A stretch of 62,437 bases of DNA, filler included, from Planctomycetota bacterium (GCA_026991575.1; 5 parts of 5 records of this genome joined end to end with filler, not necessarily neighbours in it), one strand, 5' to 3'. Positions 49,634 to 60,566 are shown, counted from the first letter of the whole stretch. A program made the numbers and translations. Notes: a model not told the origin generated them from the letters alone.

Positions 49634-50808
49634 TCGAACATTTGGTTACGGCCAAGAACGACTACCGGAGCGTGTGTGAGAAGCTTTCGAAGCTGGATCG
49701 CTTCGGGTTGGACACCGAGTTCATCGGCGAAGGCCGTTACCGGCCAACGCTCTGCCTGGTGCAGGTGGCCACGGACGATGCACTCTATGCGCTTGACCCG
49801 CTGGCCCTGGGCAGCCTGGCCGAGTTCTGGGAAATTGTCGCTTCGGGTGAGCAGACCGTTGTCGTTCATGCGGGCCAGGCCGAATCGCGACTCTGCTACC
49901 TGGCTATCGGCAAGCCTCCCGGCCGGCTGTTCGACGTGCAGGTCGCGGCCGGTCTGGTCGGGCTGCCGTATCCGCTGTCCTATGGGGTCCTGGTCTCGGA
50001 AGTGCTTGGCGAAGAGGTCGGTCAATCGGCGACGATGACCGACTGGTCCAAACGCCCGCTGTCGACCCCTCAGCTCCGTTACGCGTTCGAGGATGTTCGC
50101 TATCTGTTGCGGCTGCATGATGTGCTCTGCGGCCGACTCCGTGAGCTTGGGCGCGAGCGCTGGGCCGAAGAGGAGTTTCGTCGAGTGGCGCACCGGGCTG
50201 ACGAGGAGCTGGACGCTGGCGCGCGTGGTGAACCGTGGCGGCGTCTGAAAGGGACGCGTACCCTGGGGCCACGCCAGCTTGCCGCTCTGAAGGCCCTCTA
50301 TGAGTGGCGCGAAGAGGAGGCGTTTCGCACGAACCGGTCAGCAAAGTCGATCTGCGCCAACCACGTGCTCGTGGAGCTGGCGCGACAGCTACCGCAGAAC
50401 GAACAGCAGGTCCGCGCCGTGCGCGGCGTGCCGCGTCGCTACGTCGACGAGCTGTACCGCGTGCTGAAGGCAGCGTACGCCTTGCCCCCGGACGCACTGC
50501 CTGAGGTCATCGAAAGCGATCCGCCCCAAGTGCAGCTCCTGGTTCAATTCCTACAAGCGTGCCTGCACACACTGGCTGCACGCATGCAACTGGCCCCCGG
50601 CCTCGTTGCTAGCCAACCGGACATCCGCCGCTGGCTCCGCCGCCGACTGGTGCTGCCGTCCGCCGAGACGCCGAGCATACTGGAGGAAGGCTGGCGGGCC
50701 GAAGTCATCCTCCCCGTCTTGGAAAAATGCCTTCGGGGCGAATACTGGCTCGGCGTCGGCGCCCTTGAGGAGTCCGTGCCGTTGCGGCTGGAGGCAACCA
50801 GGCGATGA
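49630..50808 (+). CDS. rnd: Ribonuclease D
   Basis: DTEF, LCLVQVA, VHAG, FDVQVA, TDWSKRPLS..QLRYA.EDV, HRDC domain; ATGA overlap with the upstream gene. Confidence 0.9.
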   Translation: MIEHLVTAKNDYRSVCEKLSKLDRFGLDTEFIGEGRYRPTLCLVQVATDDALYALDPLALGSLAEFWEIVASGEQTVVVHAGQAESRLCYLAIGKPPGRLFDVQVAAGLVGLPYPLSYGVLVSEVLGEEVGQSATMTDWSKRPLSTPQLRYAFEDVRYLLRLHDVLCGRLRELGRERWAEEEFRRVAHRADEELDAGARGEPWRRLKGTRTLGPRQLAALKALYEWREEEAFRTNRSAKSICANHVLVELARQLPQNEQQVRAVRGVPRRYVDELYRVLKAAYALPPDALPEVIESDPPQVQLLVQFLQACLHTLAARMQLAPGLVASQPDIRRWLRRRLVLPSAETPSILEEGWRAEVILPVLEKCLRGEYWLGVGALEESVPLRLEATRR

Positions 50809-51058
50809 CCACCGACGGGCAAGCCAAGGCGCAAACGAGCCTGGCAGATCTCGGCTCCGACTGGCTCGACCGGATCCACGTGGGGGATTGCGTCAGCGTG
50901 CTGGACCGATGGGTCGGAGACCACGTGGTGGATATGATCTTCGCCGACCCCCCCTACAACATCGGTTACAGCTACGACATCTACAACGACGCACGGCCCG
51001 ACGAGGAGTACCTCACCTGGCTCAGGCAGTGGATCAGCCGGTGCACGGCGCTGCTGGC
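50805..51058 (+). CDS. N4/N6 DNA methyltransferase, truncated by the contig end
   Basis: IHVGDC..VDMIFADPPYNIG (motif IV). Confidence 0.85.
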
Positions 51059-51158
51059 NNNNNNNNNNNNNNNNNNNNNNNNNNNNNNNNNNNNNNNNNN
51101 NNTTAATTAATTAANNNNNNNNNNNNNNNNNNNNNNNNNNNNNNNNNNNNNNNNNNNN
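51059..51158. other. Artificial contig linker
   Basis: N-run/TTAATTAATTAA/N-run. Confidence 0.97.
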
Positions 51159-51431
51159 GCGAAGCGGCGATTCACGAAGCGGATGGGCGACGACGGCCGC
51201 GTGCTTCGCGAGCAGGCCAATGGCGATTGCATCTTCTTTGACCGCAAGACGCGGGAGTGCACGGTGTATGACGTGCGCCCCGCTCAGTGCCGCACTTGGC
51301 CGTTCTGGCCGTCCAACCTCAGAACGCCCCAGGCCTGGGTCGAGACCTGCCAGACGTGTCCGGGAGCCGGAACCGGAAGGCTATTCAGCGTCGAGGAGAT
51401 TCTTGAAGCGTCGCGTCAGATCGATCCATAG
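51159..51431 (+). CDS. YkgJ family (CxxCxxCC) protein, 5' truncated
   Basis: GDCIFFD..CTVYDVRPAQCRTWPFW..CPG. Confidence 0.85.
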   Translation, partial: AKRRFTKRMGDDGRVLREQANGDCIFFDRKTRECTVYDVRPAQCRTWPFWPSNLRTPQAWVETCQTCPGAGTGRLFSVEEILEASRQIDP

Positions 51432-51434
51432 GAA

Positions 51435-51923
51435 ATGATTTCCAATCCTCAGGAAACAGCGCAACACCCGGGTCGTGATGGATCCTCTGCTGAGCCGGTC
51501 GGCCCGGTACCGGAGGGATTCCGGCAGGAGCTGGTGCACCTCTATGAAGAACTCGACCGGGAGATCGAACGGTTGGGTGTGCGCTGCCAGCTTAGCGGAC
51601 GCTGCTGTCGCTTCGACGAGTGGGGCCATATGCTTTTCGTTAGCTGGGTGGAGGCGAAACTACTGGCTGCGGAACCGCCATCCTCGGCACGACTCACCTC
51701 GGGTCGGTGCCCGTATCAGGTGGGCAATCTCTGCACAGCCCATGCGCGTCGCCCGCTAGGCTGTCGTGTTTTCTTCTGCGACCCGACCTACCAAGAGGTC
51801 ATGGCCGAGTTGGCCGAGCGCTACCACGACCGGCTCAAGAGACTGTACCTCAAGTACGGTCTGCCGTGGCGGTATGGACCGCTGCATACGATGCTGGCCC
51901 CCTGGATCGACCATGGCCGGTGA
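51435..51923 (+). CDS. YkgJ-like cysteine-cluster protein
   Basis: CQLSGRCC, CPYQ..CTAH..RPLGCRVFFCD. Confidence 0.8.
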   Translation: MISNPQETAQHPGRDGSSAEPVGPVPEGFRQELVHLYEELDREIERLGVRCQLSGRCCRFDEWGHMLFVSWVEAKLLAAEPPSSARLTSGRCPYQVGNLCTAHARRPLGCRVFFCDPTYQEVMAELAERYHDRLKRLYLKYGLPWRYGPLHTMLAPWIDHGR

Positions 51924-51976
51924 CCGCTATCTTTTGTTCCGACCACTTTGACACGGAACGAACTCATCGACGCAGG

Positions 51977-54925
51977 TTAGGCCATAGCCGGCTCATGCGG
52001 CGTGGGCCGGCTCGGCATGGCTTTGACCGGTTCAACGGCCAGCGTCGCCAGCAGTAGTTCGGCTGGGTGGAGCACGGGCAGCTCGGTGAAGTGACGCAGC
52101 TGGATCTGACACGCACAGCACTCGCTGACGACGAAATCGACCGGTCGGGCTGTGACTGCGTCGCGCAGAGCCCGGCCCGCAGCCAGGGACGTCGCTTCGT
52201 TCTTGACGTGCAGACCGTAGGTGCCTGCCATACCGGAGCAGCCGGCCTCCAGATCGCGGACTCGCATGCCTGGCACGCGGCGTAGCAGCTCTAAGAACGG
52301 CCGACCGCGTTCTAGCGCCAGAAGGTGGCACGGAGCGTGATACGCAACGATCCAGGGACAGCGGCGCAGTGCCACCTTGTGGCCGGCCCTCCAGAGCCGG
52401 CTAAGGTAGTCACCCAGTTCGTAAGTTCGCTGGGCAACCAGCTCGCTTTCTGGCCCCGGCACGAGCCAGGGGTACTCCTCACGGAGCATGAGGGCTGCGG
52501 TCGGCTCTGAGCAGACGACGTCCCAGCCGTCCCGGACAAGGTCCCCCAGAACGCGCAGGTTCTGAAGCGCACGACTGCGGGCTGCCGCCACGTCACCGTA
52601 GTTCAAGAGCGGCATCCCGGAGGGCAGCTGTTGCGGGGGGACGAAGACCGTGACACCGTGTGCAGCCAGGAGTTGCAGCGAGGCCAGACCGAGTTCCGGC
52701 CGAATGTACGCTGCGAAAAGGTCAGCGAAGTAAACGGCGCGTTTGCCTCCTGCCCCGCGCGGCCGCTCTGTCCACCCGAACCGTTCGGCCCGAGCAAACA
52801 GGGTGCTGGCGGCAAGCTCAGGCAGCCGCCGCGAGCGTGAGAACCCGGCCATTCGTTCCAGCAGCCAGCGGCAGAGGCTGTTGCGCAACAACCGGTTCAC
52901 CACCGGTGCTGCCGGCTGAGTCCATCTCACCCACGTCTCGATTCTCGACAGGAACCATTCCGCAACGGACAGCCCGTTCTGCTCGGCGTAGGCGGCCTTG
53001 GCATCCAGCATCAGCCTCGGGACGTCGACGGCCGCCGGGCATTCCCGCTTGCACATCCGGCAATTAACGCACAGGTCGATCACCTCCTTGAACTCGGACC
53101 TGTAAGCCGCCTCGACCGGAAGCTCACCTTGAAGCAACGCGCGCAGCAGGTTCGCCTTGGCCCGAGGCGAAGCGTGCTCGGTCCCGTCAGCTCGAAAGAT
53201 CGGACACATTCGCATCGCCTCCCCCTGGGTGCGGCATAGAGCGCAGCCGTTACACCGGCGGACTTCCCGTGCCACATCGGCTGGCTGAACCCCCAGAGGG
53301 GAGTGCCACTGGTTACGGACCGCTGCCGGGGGTGCATCGCGCACCATGGCGGGCACCGGCGGCAACGACCCGGTGATCTTCTGCGGGTTGAGCAGCTCGC
53401 AGGGGTCAAACAGGCGGCGAACCTCGCGAAACGCCTCGACCAGTCGCCCGTACTGGCGGCGTACGTACGGCAACCGGGCGATGCCAACGCCGTGTTCGCT
53501 GCTGACAGAGCCCCCCATTTCCAGCACGATGCTGTAGAGCTCCTCGGCCAGCTCCTCGAGCATGCCAAAGTCCAGCGGATTGGACACGTCCAGAAACGGC
53601 CGCACGTGCACCTTGCCCTGGCCCGCGTGCGCATAGACGGTGGCCACGAGATTGCGCCGCCGCAGCAGTGCCAACGCGGTAGAGAGGAATTCGCGCAGCG
53701 TGCGCACGGGCACGCCAAGGTCCTCCAGGTACGGTACTGGCCGAGCGGGACCGCGCACGCGAGCCAGCTCACGCGCCGCTACCGCTCGCACCGACCACAG
53801 CCAGTCCGCCTCCTCCGGCTCGTACGCCTCGTATGCGTGTCTGGCGAGCCGTCGCACCCGACGGACCCGGTTCACGGTCAAACGCATCCGGTTGTACACC
53901 TCGATGGCATCATCGGCTTCGTGTTCGATCAGCAGGGCGGCTTCGGCGTCGGGCGGAATCAGCCGCTCGTAGCGGCCACCTGTTGCACGCACCAGGTGAA
54001 GCAGGCGGCGATCGAGCAGATCGCACGCAGTTGGTCCGTACGTTGTGATTTCATGGACGGCTTCAAGCGCGTGATCCAGGGTGTCGAAAAACAGCAGCGC
54101 AACGGCCCGGGCGGTCGGAGCAGGCAGCGTACGAACCGTTGCTCCGGTGACCACGGCCAGTGTCCCCTCGGTCCCGCACAGGAAGCGGGCCAGATGGACC
54201 GTCCCGTTTCGAACGATGTCGTGCAAGAGGTAGCCGCAGCGGTTCGGCGCCTGCCGCTGCAGCTGCAGCCGTTCGATCTCCGGCCAGTAGCGGCGAACGA
54301 TCTCTTTCAGCCCTCGGGCAATCGACTCCGGTGCCCGATCTCCCGGCGCGACCAGCCGCCCGTTCACACGAACCTCGCCCACGTCCCACAGCGTGCCGTC
54401 CGGCAGCACACAGCGGACCCGCTGCACGTACTCGCGCACATAGCCGAAGCGAAGGCTACGAGACCCGGATGCGTTCGTGGCAATCATCCCCCCCAGCGTG
54501 CACGCCGCTCCGCTAGCCGGATCGACCGGCAACCTCCTCCCTGCTGCCGACAGCATCCGGCTGACTTCGCGGAACGGGGCACCGGGCTGCACGACAACCG
54601 TCTCATCGTCCACGCGGACAACGCGGTTCATGAACTTGCAAAAGTCAAGCACGATCCCCTGCCCGAGTGATTCGCCGGCGAGCCCGGTGCCGGCCCCCCG
54701 CGGCAACACGGGGATGCGATTCTCTGCGGCGTACCGCAGTACCTGCATCACGTCCCCTTCGTGCCGGGGGTAAACGACGCCAAGCGGTAGGATCCGAAAG
54801 ATGCTGGCATCGGTGGCGTACAGGACGCGACTGATCGGATCGAACCGTACCTCCCCCTCGATGATCCCCCGCAGATCATCGGCAATGCGGTCCACGTCTC
54901 TGGGCGGCACGGTGACAATGGACAT
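51977..54925 (-). CDS. FAD-linked oxidase fused to 4Fe-4S/CCG (GlpC-like) domains
   Basis: YATDAS, PRGAGTGLAG, GTEGTL, SEHGVG, CNGCALC, CVNCRMC..CP, CSGMAG. Confidence 0.9.
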   Translation of the reverse strand: MSIVTVPPRDVDRIADDLRGIIEGEVRFDPISRVLYATDASIFRILPLGVVYPRHEGDVMQVLRYAAENRIPVLPRGAGTGLAGESLGQGIVLDFCKFMNRVVRVDDETVVVQPGAPFREVSRMLSAAGRRLPVDPASGAACTLGGMIATNASGSRSLRFGYVREYVQRVRCVLPDGTLWDVGEVRVNGRLVAPGDRAPESIARGLKEIVRRYWPEIERLQLQRQAPNRCGYLLHDIVRNGTVHLARFLCGTEGTLAVVTGATVRTLPAPTARAVALLFFDTLDHALEAVHEITTYGPTACDLLDRRLLHLVRATGGRYERLIPPDAEAALLIEHEADDAIEVYNRMRLTVNRVRRVRRLARHAYEAYEPEEADWLWSVRAVAARELARVRGPARPVPYLEDLGVPVRTLREFLSTALALLRRRNLVATVYAHAGQGKVHVRPFLDVSNPLDFGMLEELAEELYSIVLEMGGSVSSEHGVGIARLPYVRRQYGRLVEAFREVRRLFDPCELLNPQKITGSLPPVPAMVRDAPPAAVRNQWHSPLGVQPADVAREVRRCNGCALCRTQGEAMRMCPIFRADGTEHASPRAKANLLRALLQGELPVEAAYRSEFKEVIDLCVNCRMCKRECPAAVDVPRLMLDAKAAYAEQNGLSVAEWFLSRIETWVRWTQPAAPVVNRLLRNSLCRWLLERMAGFSRSRRLPELAASTLFARAERFGWTERPRGAGGKRAVYFADLFAAYIRPELGLASLQLLAAHGVTVFVPPQQLPSGMPLLNYGDVAAARSRALQNLRVLGDLVRDGWDVVCSEPTAALMLREEYPWLVPGPESELVAQRTYELGDYLSRLWRAGHKVALRRCPWIVAYHAPCHLLALERGRPFLELLRRVPGMRVRDLEAGCSGMAGTYGLHVKNEATSLAAGRALRDAVTARPVDFVVSECCACQIQLRHFTELPVLHPAELLLATLAVEPVKAMPSRPTPHEPAMA

Positions 54926-54946
54926 CGTGGCAGACGGACCCCGCAG

Positions 54947-55462
54947 CTAGCCCGGTGAGGCTGACCGATCGCCTGCTGCTGCTGCTGCTTCAGCCTGCTT
55001 CCGCTCGTGCCGGAATTTTTCGCCGATCTCCAGGTCCCAGGGACCGTGCTCCTCGTTCCGCTCGAACCCCCGGAACACCGCACCGCAGCGATAGCAACAG
55101 GTCACATCCCCAATGGCAACGTACAGCAGCGCGTCGATCGCCGCCGTCGCCACCAATACGGCCAGCGCCCAGATGTACTCGAAGTAGAACCACAGCACAG
55201 TGCTCACCACAAAGCCAGCCAGCAAGATGGCCAGCCCCCAGCCGTGGGGAAAGTCTTTCTTGACATACATCATCGGCTCACGGCACAGCGGGCAATGGAC
55301 GAGCCTGCCCCCCTGCACGGCGTCGCCATGCCACGAGAAGCTCACCCCGCAGTACCGGCAGGCCACCCGATCGGTGGCCGTCGGCACGGGATTCCAGCCG
55401 GCGCATTTCGGGCACTGATACTGGCGAGGCACGCGCTGCTGCAAGCCAGCGGGCTGTTGCAT
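54947..55462 (-). CDS. Zn-ribbon membrane protein
   Basis: Four CxxC pairs and two TM helices. Confidence 0.75.
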   Translation of the reverse strand: MQQPAGLQQRVPRQYQCPKCAGWNPVPTATDRVACRYCGVSFSWHGDAVQGGRLVHCPLCREPMMYVKKDFPHGWGLAILLAGFVVSTVLWFYFEYIWALAVLVATAAIDALLYVAIGDVTCCYRCGAVFRGFERNEEHGPWDLEIGEKFRHERKQAEAAAAAGDRSASPG

Positions 55463-55572
55463 CGGGATACCTAACGGGGTTGGTGCTGCTGGTGGATTGT
55501 AACAATTGGCTTTGCCAAAGGATACGGTCTAGCAGCCGACTGGTGGCGGCCATACCGAAGGTAGCGATCCGG

Positions 55573-56298
55573 CTAGATGGGTAAACCCAACCTGGCAGCA
55601 GCCACACGGGCTGCCAGTTCCCCTAGCAGGGCCATGGCGGTGGCTGCGTACAGGATGCCGGTCGCCGACTGTGTCGACCGAATGCGCGCGCACCGCCAGG
55701 CCAACAGAAGACCTACGGTCACCCCTCCCAGCCCGACCAGCAAATGGGCAGCAAGCAGTCCCGTCGGAACCGCCTCTGCAGCGCCGCGCACCAAGTCGGC
55801 CACGTGTTGCATGCTGAATGCGAGCCGCACGGCCAGGGCCGTAGCTGCCAGGCCAAGTGCGCGTGCCAGCGGCCGAACGCTCATCCACGGCCAGACGAGG
55901 TACCAGTGGCCCAGCAGCATCGCAGCATACACGGCTGCCACCAGCACCGCCGATGCCGTAAAGGTCAAGAACCAGGCCCAGGAACCTTCCGCAGCCGCCG
56001 GCAGCAGTCGCCAGCTCACCCAGGCAGCCACCAGAGCCAGGCAGGCGAAGGCGGCGCGACCGGCAGCCCGAAGCCCGACCGACCAGAGCACAAAGGTCAC
56101 CCAGGCAAGCCCCGCCAGCAGCCAGCCCCGGCCGCCAAGTCCGGCAAGCGCAGCCAGGGTGGCAAAGCCGAAGGCAACGAGGGCCTGCGTGCGGAAGTAC
56201 CACGGGTCAATCTCAGCATCCCGCGTGCCGGCCATCACGATGGCCAGTCCCAGAATGGCCTGAACACAGAACTCAGTAAACACCTGCCAGCCAGCCAT
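55573..56298 (-). CDS. Conserved integral membrane protein
   Basis: Multiple TM helices, AMLLGHWYL and STQSATGILY motifs; 1-nt overlap with folE. Confidence 0.75.
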   Translation of the reverse strand: MAGWQVFTEFCVQAILGLAIVMAGTRDAEIDPWYFRTQALVAFGFATLAALAGLGGRGWLLAGLAWVTFVLWSVGLRAAGRAAFACLALVAAWVSWRLLPAAAEGSWAWFLTFTASAVLVAAVYAAMLLGHWYLVWPWMSVRPLARALGLAATALAVRLAFSMQHVADLVRGAAEAVPTGLLAAHLLVGLGGVTVGLLLAWRCARIRSTQSATGILYAATAMALLGELAARVAAARLGLPI

Positions 56299-56957
56299 CA
56301 GTAAAGGGCCAGATTGCCCGAGCTGTGGATCAGTGCGAGGAAACCGCTGGGATCATCCTTCAACGTGCCCCTCAGTGCGCTGGTGATGCAAACGCTTGTC
56401 TGATTCTTCACGCCCCGAATCGTCATGCAGGTGTGGACCGCTTCCACCACCACCGCCGCGCCTCGCGCATGTAGCCGCTCCATGAGCAGGTCGGCGAGCT
56501 GCTCCGTGAGCCGTTCCTGCACCTGCGGCCGCCGGGCCACGACCTCAACGACCCGGGCCAATTTGCTCAGCCCAACGATCGTCCCGTTGGGGACGTAGCC
56601 GATGTGGACCTTGCCGAAGAAGGGCAGCAGATGGTGCTCGCAGAGGCTGGCGAAGCTGATATCTCGCACGATCACCGTCTCGTCGTATTTCTGGGTAAAG
56701 ACCTTCTCCAGGTGCACGCACGGGTCTTCGTGCAGCCCGCCAAGCAGCTCGGCGTACATGCGTGCCACCCGTGCCGGAGTCTCTTGCAGCCCTTCACGAT
56801 CAGGATCTTCCCCGACGGCCAGCAGGATTTCCCGAACGGCACGCTCGATGCGCTTCAGGTCAATCGAAAAGGCAGGACGACTTCCGTCGGTCTCGCTGCC
56901 CGCCACGTGTTCAGAGGCGAGCATTTCGGCTTCGGTCATCAGTTCACGTCGGTTCAT
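56298..56957 (-). CDS. folE: GTP cyclohydrolase I
   Basis: GEDPDREGLQETPARV, SLCEHHLLPF, GLSKLAR, QVQERLT, HTCM..RG; start 56957 or 56939. Confidence 0.95.
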   Translation of the reverse strand: MNRRELMTEAEMLASEHVAGSETDGSRPAFSIDLKRIERAVREILLAVGEDPDREGLQETPARVARMYAELLGGLHEDPCVHLEKVFTQKYDETVIVRDISFASLCEHHLLPFFGKVHIGYVPNGTIVGLSKLARVVEVVARRPQVQERLTEQLADLLMERLHARGAAVVVEAVHTCMTIRGVKNQTSVCITSALRGTLKDDPSGFLALIHSSGNLALY

Positions 56958-57557
56958 GAGGCAGGTGGCCCGTCGTCGCCTAGAGTCCGCCCGGAAACGA
57001 GCCGGGTTCACGAACTGCCCGGATCGCTCATCGCCACGGATTGATTCTAGGCGGCGCGGATCAGGGCAGACAATGCACACGACGGCCGCCAGGCCAGTCC
57101 GCCTCGCATGCTTACGAACCGCAGGTCGGCATACACCAAACAACCAACTCACGCACCGGCCACACGTAATCCCGCCGTCCTTAACACCCACGACAGCAGA
57201 ACCGGCCGTGTTTCGACGCACCAAGAGACAGGTTCGGCGGTGCTACCGGTGCCTTTCCCGGCCACGCTTGTGTCACACGCGCTCTTCTCAGGACCGGCTG
57301 CGGGCCACCGTGGCGGCGCCGCGTGCCTGCCAATCCCGAGCGGCGTCAGACCGGCTCCTTGCCTCCCGGTGTCTTGACGCAGCAACCGCCTCTGGACAAA
57401 ACCGAACCCGACGCATGCCAACCACATCGTCGGTGTGAACGAGCAGTGCCGGGCGGCAGAACACACCGCTCGCGGGGCCGCGAACCGAAGTGTCGGTCCG
57501 GTTCGGACCGCCGCGTGTGATTGATCTGCTCCAAGCCAGTGCTCTCAGGCCGGTGCA

Positions 57558-57791
57558 CTACTTCTTGTTGTAGTCTGGAGCGCCAGCCTTGGGGTTGAAC
57601 ATCTTCATCATGTCCTGTTCGGACATCTCACCCCGGTAGACCCGCTCCATGCCCGGCATCGTCTTACGGACAACGTCTTCTTCTGATGAGATCTCAACCG
57701 GCGATCGACTGGGTTCGCTGCCACAGCCACACAGAATGAACGCACAGGCAACCAGAGCGGTCGCCACAGCGGGCACACGGCGCCAAGCCAT
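57558..57791 (-). CDS. Small lipoprotein (typical DUF1559 partner)
   Basis: GAGGAG RBS; signal peptide ending LCGC; immediately downstream of a DUF1559 gene. Confidence 0.7.
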   Translation of the reverse strand: MAWRRVPAVATALVACAFILCGCGSEPSRSPVEISSEEDVVRKTMPGMERVYRGEMSEQDMMKMFNPKAGAPDYNKK

Positions 57792-57861
57792 CGGTTCGTG
57801 ACTCCTCGTCGTCCTCCCAAGCGGCCACAGCGGGCCCAGTGCCGTCGGCTCGGTCAACAGG

Positions 57862-57886
57862 GGGGGGCTGATGCTATCAGCCCCCC
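57862..57886. terminator. GC-rich hairpin between the DUF1559 gene and the lipoprotein gene
   Basis: GGGGGGCTGAT-GCT-ATCAGCCCCCC perfect 11-bp stem; weak U-tail. Confidence 0.5.
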
Positions 57887-57921
57887 GGAACTCAAGACCT
57901 GACGCAGCTCCACCCTGCGGT

Positions 57922-58455
57922 CTAGAAGGTCAAATCGGTCTCGGAAATCGGCTCACGCTCGTTTCGCGTGCCGATCGCCCACCAGACGCGTTGGTCAATG
58001 TCCTCGCTGATGAACCGCACTCGGCCATCGCAGAACAGAACATTTACGCCTCCCGGATGCAAGCTGCTTGCCGCCATGCTGTGCTCACCAATCCCCCAGG
58101 GCAACCCATCCCTGGAAACGCAGCTCTTGCGGTTCGGTCGCTTGGAAAAACCGATACCGGTGCCCCGGCCGACCTGACTCAAGTACCATGCCTCTCCTTT
58201 GAAGTCCCAGTAGTAGTCCGTTGATTGCTCGCACATCCGCTCCAGCCAAGCATCCCCTTCCCGGCGGGAAGTCTTCCCGTAGCCTCCTTCCCACCAACGT
58301 GGTCCATACCAGACCACAGCCAGGTCGTCGCCACGCTGCGCCGTCATCCGCCCCTGCATCCCGCCACGGATCCATTCGGAGAAAGCTGCCGTTAGGGCCG
58401 TTCCGTCAACGATGTCTCGCAGACCGATCGGCTTATTGAAGCCATGGTCCCACCC
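57922..58455 (-). CDS. DUF1559 (prepilin-type, H-X9-DG) protein, 5' truncated
   Basis: Frame open to the contig end: RDIVDGTALTAAFSE...SSLHPGGVNVLFCDGRVRFISEDID. Confidence 0.9.
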   Translation of the reverse strand, partial: GWDHGFNKPIGLRDIVDGTALTAAFSEWIRGGMQGRMTAQRGDDLAVVWYGPRWWEGGYGKTSRREGDAWLERMCEQSTDYYWDFKGEAWYLSQVGRGTGIGFSKRPNRKSCVSRDGLPWGIGEHSMAASSLHPGGVNVLFCDGRVRFISEDIDQRVWWAIGTRNEREPISETDLTF

Positions 58456-58555
58456 NNNNNNNNNNNNNNNNNNNNNNNNNNNNNNNNNNNNNNNNNNNNT
58501 TAATTAATTAANNNNNNNNNNNNNNNNNNNNNNNNNNNNNNNNNNNNNNNNNNNN
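58456..58555. other. Artificial contig linker
   Basis: N-run/TTAATTAATTAA/N-run. Confidence 0.97.
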
Positions 58556-60466
58556 CACGTAACCCTGGAACGCCTCGCGCCGCTTGCGCACTGCTCATGC
58601 CGGACGACAAACCAACCGGATGGCATCGGCGGACGGGAACAGCCCGGTGCCGAGAAGGATTCAGGTCAAGCGAAGCCGCAGGGCCATGGCGCAACACCAA
58701 GCCCGCATGGCATTCGACCGGTACGATTGCTCGCGGTGCGGCCGGGTGAGCACACTTGGCATGCACGCGGACCGAAGGGTGAGCGGGTTGTGCTCCGGAG
58801 GATCGATTTTCCAGACGCGCTCGGCGCGCCGGTCAATGCGCCCCCGGAGCTGCCCGATGCCAGTCGCGTCCGATGGCTCCGGCGCGTTTGTCCCCAGTGT
58901 CCCTACCTGCTGGTACGCGGGTGGGTTGAGGGAGTATCGTTTGCGCATCTTGCTGTACAGCCACGTCGGCCATCCCCGCGGGCTGTCATCAGATGGGTTC
59001 AGGATGTGGGACGAACACTGGAACGGCTGCTCAGCTGCGGTGCGGCGCCCGCTTACTTGAGCCCCCAGAACCTTTTCCTGGACCGTTTCGGTCGCGTCGT
59101 GCTGACCGAACCTGCGCTCTGGCGGCCCGCCGCGCTGGCTCGCTTTCGTTCAGCAGGCTCCCGCCCTCTGCTATACCTGGCTTGGGTGGCTCCCGAGGTT
59201 CTGCATGGGGGCGAGCTTACTGAGCAGTCCGCGCTAAGTTACTCACTGGCCGCTTGCGCTGCGTCGCTGCTTGGCGTGCCGGCCCCGCCGCTTGCCGTCT
59301 TGCCCCCCGAGCGACACGAAGTGGCCTGGTGGCAGTTTGCGCGACGGCTTGAAGCGGTCGGGTTGGCCCGTCGCTGGCGTGAGCAGCTGCTGGTCGGCTG
59401 TGCACCCAACCCGGAAGAACGCTCTGGCGGTCCGGCGCAGTGGGCCGAAGGCCTTGCGGCAATCAATCGGTCGCGACGGTACGCAGTGGTGCCGGTGCAA
59501 CACAGATCCGAGCCGCCGCTGCTTGGCCCGCAGCTGCGCCCGCCCACGGTCCGATGGCAGCCGTGGCTGCGCAGCGTGTTGGCAGGTCTAGCACTGGGAG
59601 CGACTGTCACCGCCGCATTCGTGACCACCCGTTTCACGCTTCCGTCAGGCCTGCCCGTGCCGCTGCGCATCGTCCCAAGCGAGCGTCCTGCGTTGCACGC
59701 CGCGTCCCCGTTGTCGCGCGCCAGGCGGTGGCGGGTCGCCAGTCAGGAAGCGTTCCGCGAAGCCCTGGTACGGGCGAACGAAGGGGACGTCGTGCTGCTG
59801 GAGAACTCAGGCCCCTTCACCGTTCCGGAGCAAACCATCGAAGCATCCATCACGATCCTCGGCACGGCTTCGGCCGAGCCTGTGGTTCTGGTTGGGGAGC
59901 ACGGGCTGCACGTGCGTGCCCGTAGCTTGGCGGTTGAAAACGTTCACTTCGTTGTCCCGGCACTGCCGGGCGGGGCTTCGCAGCCAGATCCGGTGGTGCT
60001 GGCTGAGGTGGATGAGCTGGAGCTGGTTGGCTGCTCAATCCAGGCGTTGCACCGGGGGGGCAAGGCCCGCTGCGGTATCGCAGTCCTGCCGCTGAGCCCG
60101 CAGAGCATGCCGCGTGTCGTTCTGGACCGAGTGTTGCTCAAGGGCCTGGACCGCCAGATCGAGCTGCACGTGAACCGGGCCGCCGAGCTTCAACTGGCCA
60201 ATGTCCTTGCCACCGGTTCCGGCCGATGCATCGTGCTGGTGGCCAACGGTGCTCCGGACGCGCGGTTCTCGTGCTGGCTCAGCCGAACAAGCATCTACGG
60301 ACCGACGGTGTTGACCGCCTCAGCCGCCCCGCCTCGCTCGTTGCCCTGGATTGACGTCCGCGCGGAACGCTGCCTGTTCGTGCCGCGGAACCGATCGCGC
60401 GCCGTGGTCGAGTTGCATTACGGACGCAAGCCGGCAGTGCCAGTAGAGCGGTTCAGCTGGCAGGGC
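58556..60466 (+). CDS. Ser/Thr kinase-like domain + TM + beta-helix-like region, truncated at both ends
   Basis: Frame open across the whole contig; LSPQNLFLD, APE, YSLA kinase remnants; TM at VLAGLALGATVTAAF. Confidence 0.6.
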
Positions 60467-60566
60467 NNNNNNNNNNNNNNNNNNNNNNNNNNNNNNNNNN
60501 NNNNNNNNNNTTAATTAATTAANNNNNNNNNNNNNNNNNNNNNNNNNNNNNNNNNNNNNNNNNNNN
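60467..60566. other. Artificial contig linker
   Basis: N-run/TTAATTAATTAA/N-run. Confidence 0.97.

Noticed and set aside
56960..57555. Long leader upstream of folE as a folate or ZTP riboswitch
   Set aside because: No recognisable consensus by eye; needs an Rfam scan
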